Shown here: positions 14,816 to 19,613 of the stretch, piece after piece
Numbering within the stretch: position 1 is the first letter of the stretch
Layout of the letters: the number at the start of each line of letters is the position of its first letter
NCBI GenBank assembly: GCA_012520935.1
Contig: JAAYNG010000096.1
Coordinates: 1 to 19,613 of the forward strand
Direction of reading: 5' to 3'
Length of the DNA stretch: 19,613 nt
Source of the DNA: Tissierellia bacterium
GTDB taxonomy: Bacteria > Bacillota > Clostridia > Tissierellales > Peptoniphilaceae
Notes under the pieces: generated by a model
The model's input: only the letters and a program-made list of their open reading frames with translations
The model's database searches: none
Told to the model about the DNA's origin: nothing
Made by a program: the position numbers and the translations under genes

Positions 14816-16030
14816 ATGGGAATTATTAAAGCTGTAACAGGAGCTGTGGGTGGAGCCTTAGCTGACCAGTGGCTAGATGCCTTTGAAGCCTATGATATGG
14901 GACCAAGCACAGTCTTTACTTATGGGGCACCAATTAGAAACGACAAGAGGAGTTCAAATACAAAAGGAACAAGCGACTATATTACAGATGGGTCTAAAAT
15001 CCATGTTGGACCTAATCAATTTATGATGCTATTAGATGGTGGTAGGGTCGTAGACTATACTGCAGAGGAAGGTTATTATACTGTAGATATGAAAACTCAA
15101 CCATCTCTCTTTAATGGCGACTTTGGCGATGCAATAAAAGAGTCCTTTGAGAGGATTAAGTTTGGAGGTGGGACTCCGACTAAGCAACAAGTTTTTTACA
15201 TCAACCTTCAAGAAATTAAGAACATAAAATTCGGGACTGCAAATCCACTAAATTATTTTGACGACTTCTATAATGCGGAGTTGTTCTTAAGAACTTTTGG
15301 AGACTATTCTATAAGGATTACCGACCCTTTGAAATTTTTCAGAGAAGTGGTTCCAAGAAATGCTAACAAGGTAGACATAGATGAAATTGACGACCAATTC
15401 TATTCGGAATTTATGACTGCCCTACAATCTACAATGAACAAGATGTCTGCAGATGGCTTTAGGATTTCCCATGTTTCTTCAAGGGGACAGGAGTTATCTG
15501 ACTATATGAGTCAGGCACTTGATGAAAAGTGGATGGACCTTAGGGGCTTTGAAATTGTTTCTGTAGGTATTACAAGTATTTCTTATGACGACGAGTCTAA
15601 GGAATTAATAAACATGAGGAACAAGGGGGCTATGCTGGGAGACCCTAGCGTTCGAGAGGGTTATGTTCAAGGCTCTATAGCCAGAGGCTTGGAAGCTGCC
15701 GGTTCCAATGAAGGCGGAGCAACAGGTGCCTTTATAGGTATGGGCATGGGTATGCAGAATGCCGGCTCATATATGGCTGGCGTATCACAAGTGAATCAAC
15801 AACAAATGCAGGCCCAACAACAAGCCCAACAACAGGCGCAAAGTCAACAGGTGCAAGGTCAAGCCGGTGGGTGGAAGTGTACAGAGTGCGGAACATCTAA
15901 TTCAGGTAAATTCTGTACTAACTGTGGTGCAAAGGCTCCTGAAGTTTCTGCATCTAAATTCTGTTCAAATTGTGGAACAAAACTTGGAGAAGGGGCTAAG
16001 TTCTGTACTGAATGTGGAACTAAACTATAG
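14816..16030 (+). CDS. SPFH/Band-7 family protein (Band_7_1 type, YdjI-like) with a Q-rich linker and a C-terminal double zinc ribbon
   Basis: The N-terminus MGIIKAVTGAVGGALADQW is characteristic of the Band_7_1 SPFH family. C-terminus: CTECG...CTNCG and CSNCG...CTECG, two CxxC-N7-10-CxxC ribbons. Strong RBS AAGGAGGG. Confidence 0.75.
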   Translation: MGIIKAVTGAVGGALADQWLDAFEAYDMGPSTVFTYGAPIRNDKRSSNTKGTSDYITDGSKIHVGPNQFMMLLDGGRVVDYTAEEGYYTVDMKTQPSLFNGDFGDAIKESFERIKFGGGTPTKQQVFYINLQEIKNIKFGTANPLNYFDDFYNAELFLRTFGDYSIRITDPLKFFREVVPRNANKVDIDEIDDQFYSEFMTALQSTMNKMSADGFRISHVSSRGQELSDYMSQALDEKWMDLRGFEIVSVGITSISYDDESKELINMRNKGAMLGDPSVREGYVQGSIARGLEAAGSNEGGATGAFIGMGMGMQNAGSYMAGVSQVNQQQMQAQQQAQQQAQSQQVQGQAGGWKCTECGTSNSGKFCTNCGAKAPEVSASKFCSNCGTKLGEGAKFCTECGTKL

Positions 16031-16038
16031 GTGATGCT

Positions 16039-17094
16039 ATGTCTTCTGTAGATCAATATAAATGTATTTCTTGCGGGGCTCCAATATTTTTTAAGCCCGA
16101 AGTAGGGAAATTTAAGTGCGATTACTGCAATTCAGAATACACCGAAGAGGAACTTACCGCTTATTTAGAGAGTCTGAAGGAAGGCAAGGAAACAAAAGAA
16201 GAAACAAGGGGAGAAACATCTGGTGAATACCAACAGTATCACTGCAATAACTGTGGGGCTGAAGTGGTTTCAGATACTGAAACCACTGCAACCTTCTGTT
16301 ATTACTGCCATTCGCCGGTTATAATATCATCAAGGCTTTCAGGTGAATTTAAGCCTGAGAGGATTGTTCCTTTTAAAGTATCCAAGGATAAGGCTGTAGA
16401 AATCTTCTTAGACTGGGCTGGAGGCAAAAAGTATGTGCCGAATGACTTTGGAAAGAAAGAACATATAGATAAGATGACAGGTATTTATATTCCATACTGG
16501 TCCTATGATGTTGTTTTAGATGTTGATTACCAAGCCATTGGCGAGAATGTAAGTGTTTGGACAAGTGGAGATGTGGAATATACAAACACTAAGCAGTATT
16601 CCATTGTAAGGTCAGGGGACATGGAATTTAACAACATTGATGAGCTGGCCACAGATAAGTTTGAAGAGAGGTTATTAAATGGAATTTCTCCTTATGAAGA
16701 GGATTCTGAAGTGGAATTTTCTAAAGGCTACCTGTCAGGTTTTTTTGCAGAGTCTTTCAATGTAGACCGTGATGCCTGCATGCCGGATGTGGAGGAAAGA
16801 GTGAAAAACTATTCCAGCAACTTGCTGGCTGATGCAACCGGAAACTACTCCAGGGTAAAGGTGGAGAGGGATAACCGAAATATTAAGAAGGCTGAGGAAC
16901 AATATGCCCTGTATCCGGCATGGATACTCACATATAACTTTAATGGCAAGATTTATGTGTTTGCAATCAATGGGCAAACAGGCAAGGCCTTTGGTGAACT
17001 GCCTGTTGATAACGGGAAGCTATATAGGACAACAGGAATAATATTTGCAATAATAGCCGTCCTTCTTGTGTTGGGAGGTTTGTTCATATGGTAA
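16039..17094 (+). CDS. Double zinc-ribbon protein with a C-terminal TM anchor (YdjG-like partner)
   Basis: N-terminal CISCG...CDYC and CNNCG...CYYC ribbons, a central soluble domain, and a C-terminal hydrophobic helix IIFAIIAVLLVLGGLFIW. It starts 8 nt after the SPFH gene. Confidence 0.65.
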   Translation: MSSVDQYKCISCGAPIFFKPEVGKFKCDYCNSEYTEEELTAYLESLKEGKETKEETRGETSGEYQQYHCNNCGAEVVSDTETTATFCYYCHSPVIISSRLSGEFKPERIVPFKVSKDKAVEIFLDWAGGKKYVPNDFGKKEHIDKMTGIYIPYWSYDVVLDVDYQAIGENVSVWTSGDVEYTNTKQYSIVRSGDMEFNNIDELATDKFEERLLNGISPYEEDSEVEFSKGYLSGFFAESFNVDRDACMPDVEERVKNYSSNLLADATGNYSRVKVERDNRNIKKAEEQYALYPAWILTYNFNGKIYVFAINGQTGKAFGELPVDNGKLYRTTGIIFAIIAVLLVLGGLFIW

Positions 17095-17852
17095 AAAGAA
17101 TAATAATATTAATAATGCTTGTTTTATTATTAAGCCTGCCATCAATTGCCAATGCCGAAGTTGACCATCTTGTTTTCTTGGATGGAAACCAAGAAAAGTA
17201 CATGACTGATAAGGAAGCCAATGAGTTTAGGACTAGGTTGGAAGAGATTTCAGATAAGCATAATGCAGACTTTGTAATAATTTTCAAGGAAAATGTTGGT
17301 AACGCTCAAAGTTATGCAGAACAATACTATGTAAACAATAATCTAGGCAGGGGACCTAACAAAGACGGGGTTATTCTTCTAATAAATATGGCCGGCGGTC
17401 CCGGCAATAGGGATATTTATATTGCAACCCATGGCATATCTAAAGATTATATTACAGATAAAAAAATAGATAAACTATTGGATGTCCTAATTGACAATGG
17501 GCTGGGGGACTATATTTACTATGAGCCGATATCAGCCTATATTAAAAATTTGGATAAGCTTCATAGGGGGAACTATGTAAGCCCTCTTGATGCCTTGATA
17601 TCTGCAGTGGCAGGTTTATTTGCATCCGGTGGCTATGCTGCAAAGGTAAAGAGAGAATATAAGGCCTCCAATCCTTCAAAACAATATAGGATGGCCTCTA
17701 ATGCTATAGCAAACTATGCAAGTGAAAGTGACAACTTTATAAGAGAATATACTACATCAAGAACTATACCAAAGCCTTCAAGCTCAAGTTCAAGTGGCGG
17801 TGGAGGTAGTAGCGGCGGGTCAAGTTTTGGTGGTGGAGGAAGAAAGTTCTGA
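17088..17852 (+). CDS. TPM-domain (TLP18.3/Psb32/MOLO-1 phosphatase-like) membrane protein with a Gly/Ser-rich tail
   Basis: Signal peptide, then a TPM core (DFVIIFKENVG...GVILLINMAGGPGNRDIYIATHGIS), a TM helix, and an SSSSSSGGGGSSGGSSFGGGG tail. The ATG overlaps the upstream stop (ATGGTAA). Confidence 0.75.
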   Translation: MVKRIIILIMLVLLLSLPSIANAEVDHLVFLDGNQEKYMTDKEANEFRTRLEEISDKHNADFVIIFKENVGNAQSYAEQYYVNNNLGRGPNKDGVILLINMAGGPGNRDIYIATHGISKDYITDKKIDKLLDVLIDNGLGDYIYYEPISAYIKNLDKLHRGNYVSPLDALISAVAGLFASGGYAAKVKREYKASNPSKQYRMASNAIANYASESDNFIREYTTSRTIPKPSSSSSSGGGGSSGGSSFGGGGRKF

Positions 17853-17853
17853 T

Positions 17854-18579
17854 ATGTATAAAGACTTTTCAAAAGTATATGACTTATTGATGTGGGATTA
17901 TGACTATGAAAAATGGTCTGAATATTATAAAGAAATTTTTGAAAGCTTTTCAATTGCACCGGAAACGATATTAGAAGTGGGTGCAGGAACAGGGTCTATG
18001 ACTGAAGTACTCTCTAGAGATTATAGGGAAGTAGTGGCCATAGACCCTTCTCCTGCCATGCTTACACTTGCAAGGGAAAAGCTATTTGATGCTCGTAATG
18101 TTAGATTTTTATTAAAGGACATAAGGGACTTTGAGATTGAAAAAAAGTTTGATGCCTGTGTCGCTGCCTGTGATGTCATGAACTATATGCTCACAAAAGA
18201 GGATTTTATTTTAGCCTTAAAAAATGTAAGGGGAGCTTTGAGGGAAGGTGGACTTTTCTTATTTGATATGAGTTCATATTATAAGCTCTCTGAAATGCTT
18301 GGAGATAACACCTTTATTCACGATACTGAAGATATTTATTATGTCTTTCAGGGAGAATTTGCAGGGGATACAGAACATATAGACTTGAATATTTTTATTA
18401 AAGAAGGGGATTTTTATAAAAGATATTCAGAGGTGCAAAGTATGAGAGCTTACAAGATAAAAGAGGTGCTTTCGATGGTAGACCAAGCTGGCTTTAGAGA
18501 ATTTGAAGCCCTTGCCCCTTTTTCTTTTAGCAGGCCAAAAGAGGTTACTGAAAGGATTTTATTTTTAGGGCGTAAATAG
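17854..18579 (+). CDS. Class I SAM-dependent methyltransferase
   Basis: Motif I ILEVGAGTGSMT, acidic motif II VVAIDPS, and a post-I ACDVMNY. It starts 1 nt after the TPM stop. The tracked upstream extension to 17794 overlaps the TPM gene in another frame. Confidence 0.75.
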   Translation: MYKDFSKVYDLLMWDYDYEKWSEYYKEIFESFSIAPETILEVGAGTGSMTEVLSRDYREVVAIDPSPAMLTLAREKLFDARNVRFLLKDIRDFEIEKKFDACVAACDVMNYMLTKEDFILALKNVRGALREGGLFLFDMSSYYKLSEMLGDNTFIHDTEDIYYVFQGEFAGDTEHIDLNIFIKEGDFYKRYSEVQSMRAYKIKEVLSMVDQAGFREFEALAPFSFSRPKEVTERILFLGRK

Positions 18580-18685
18580 GGGAGCATTTGAATTTTTAGA
18601 GGAGAGTTAATAGGGAAAGCTTTCAAAACTAGATGGTCGAAGCGTGACAAATTTATGTTCATTAATCGTAATCTTTGAAGAGTTG

Positions 18686-18714
18686 TTGACTCAATGACTT
18701 TAATATGTTAAAAT
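18686..18714 (+). promoter_or_regulatory. Sigma-A type promoter TTGACT-17-TAAAAT, flanked by direct repeats (T)(G/C)AAAGAGTTG at 18675-18685 and 18735-18745
   Basis: Hexamers and spacer counted directly. The repeat copies match at 9 of 11 positions. Confidence 0.5.
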
Positions 18715-18772
18715 GCTCAATGTTCAACTAATATTCAAAGAGTTGAAAATACCATTATGAGGGAGAAATTTC

Positions 18773-19613
18773 ATGAACACACTGATTAGTGTCGATAACA
18801 CTTGGGCTTTGTGGGCAGTTTTAACTGTTGCAGCAGCAGCGGCAATTTATTTAGAGCAGAAATATGACTGGGCGAATAAGGTAACAGGGACTATTATAGC
18901 CTTAGTTATCGTTATGGCATTATCTAACTTAAGAATTATCCCTACGGATGCACCAGTCTATGACATAGTTTGGGCCTATGTGGTCCCTTTAGCGGTTCCC
19001 ATGCTATTGTTTAATGCAAATGTAAAAAAAATCGCTAAAGAATCAGGCAGGATGTTATTAATGTTTACACTTAGTAGCTTGGGTACCTTATTAGGTTCAT
19101 TTATTGCATTTTATGCTCTTAGGAAATTTATTCCACAGATAGAGATAATTATGCCTATGTTTACAGGAACCTATATAGGTGGAAGTGTAAACCTTGTTGC
19201 AATGGCAGATGCATATAATGTACCTGGAGAAATAACATCAGCAGCAATTGTTGCAGACAACCTTCTAATGGCAATATATTTCTTTATTTTGATTGCTTTG
19301 CCCAGCATAAAACCTATAGCAAAATATTTTTCAAGACCGTATATTGAAGAGTTTGAAAAAAATTTTGATGCAAATTCAAAAGAAACACAGGCAGCAAAAC
19401 ATTGGACAGCAAAACCTATTGCACTATTAGATATTGCTCTAGTTGTAGCTATTTCATTTACAATAGTTACAGTTTCAACAGGGCTAGGAGACCTTTTATC
19501 AGCAGTTATTCCTACAAGCAATTTCTTCTTTCAATTGTTAAATGGTATGCTGGGGAGCAAGTATTTGCTAATGGCTACAATTACAATGATATTAGCATCT
19601 GTTTTTGCAGAGC
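18773..19613 (+). CDS. DUF819 (YjcL-like) polytopic membrane protein, truncated by the window end
   Basis: RBS GAGGGAG lies 7 nt before ATG 18773. The frame stays open to the end of the window and shows multiple hydrophobic helices. The minus-strand ORF 19171-19521 is its antisense shadow. Confidence 0.65.
   Translation, partial: MNTLISVDNTWALWAVLTVAAAAAIYLEQKYDWANKVTGTIIALVIVMALSNLRIIPTDAPVYDIVWAYVVPLAVPMLLFNANVKKIAKESGRMLLMFTLSSLGTLLGSFIAFYALRKFIPQIEIIMPMFTGTYIGGSVNLVAMADAYNVPGEITSAAIVADNLLMAIYFFILIALPSIKPIAKYFSRPYIEEFEKNFDANSKETQAAKHWTAKPIALLDIALVVAISFTIVTVSTGLGDLLSAVIPTSNFFFQLLNGMLGSKYLLMATITMILASVFAE

Noticed and set aside
15859-17287. Minus-strand ORFs 15859-16056, 16373-16585, 16735-16977, 17084-17287
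   Set aside because: Antisense to the SPFH, ZnR and TPM genes. The H/P-rich translations are artefacts of reversing Gln/Gly-rich codons.
17714-17959. 81-aa minus-strand P-rich ORF, and the 17794-17853 extension of the methyltransferase ORF
   Set aside because: The minus ORF is the reverse complement of the Gly/Ser-tail codons of the TPM gene. The + extension overlaps the TPM gene in another frame, whereas ATG 17854 follows the TPM stop with a GGAGGAAG SD.
18633-18642. GAAAGCTTTC palindrome as a terminator after the methyltransferase gene
   Set aside because: A 10-bp perfect palindrome with no loop and no following T-run. Not a convincing intrinsic terminator.
18450-18662. 70-aa minus-strand ORF
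   Set aside because: Antisense to the methyltransferase 3' end. No SD.
19171-19521. 116-aa minus-strand ORF
   Set aside because: Antisense shadow of the DUF819 membrane protein gene, which runs off the window end and is missing from the ORF track for that reason.
1-19613. CRISPR arrays, tRNA/rRNA genes, integrase/transposase genes
   Set aside because: No regularly spaced 25-40-bp repeats with unique spacers, no cloverleaf-like or rRNA-like conserved blocks, and no recombinase-like ORFs were seen on either strand.

Overview
This is an AT-rich chromosomal segment that looks like it comes from a low-GC Gram-positive bacterium (Clostridia/Tissierellia-like). The evidence is lipoprotein lipoboxes, strong AGGAGG ribosome-binding sites, and comEC-holA with a divergent rpsT. 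Reading left to right on the + strand unless marked otherwise, the window contains:
- a lipoprotein subtilisin-like (S8) peptidase;
- a short accessory-looking stretch (1590-3590) with four 23-bp tandem iterons, a hicA-hicB pair fused in one frame, an 81-bp imperfect palindromic element (partial second copy at 85-120), and an XRE-type HTH regulator fused to a 4-TM domain whose N-terminus is split by a homopolymer frameshift;
- a small membrane peptide gene overlapping comEC, then comEC/rec2 and holA;
- a small membrane zinc-ribbon protein (apparent frameshift, translationally coupled to holA), then codA (cytosine deaminase) and an MFS transporter;
- a convergent lipoprotein gene (-) and rpsT (-);
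- a divergent promoter pair, a T-box riboswitch leader (apparent UGG/Trp specifier) and a COG2984/COG4120/COG1101 ABC transporter operon;
- a DUF1858 redox-disulfide small protein (-);
- a translationally coupled operon: SPFH/Band-7 protein with a C-terminal double zinc ribbon, a double-zinc-ribbon TM protein, a TPM-domain protein and a SAM methyltransferase;
- a truncated DUF819 membrane protein gene at the window end.
No CRISPR array, rRNA or tRNA was recognised. The most system-like and least characterised module is the SPFH-ZnR / ZnR-TM / TPM operon, which resembles the B. subtilis ydjGHI membrane-stress module but has no pspA in the window. Three genes carry apparent single-nucleotide frame disruptions.
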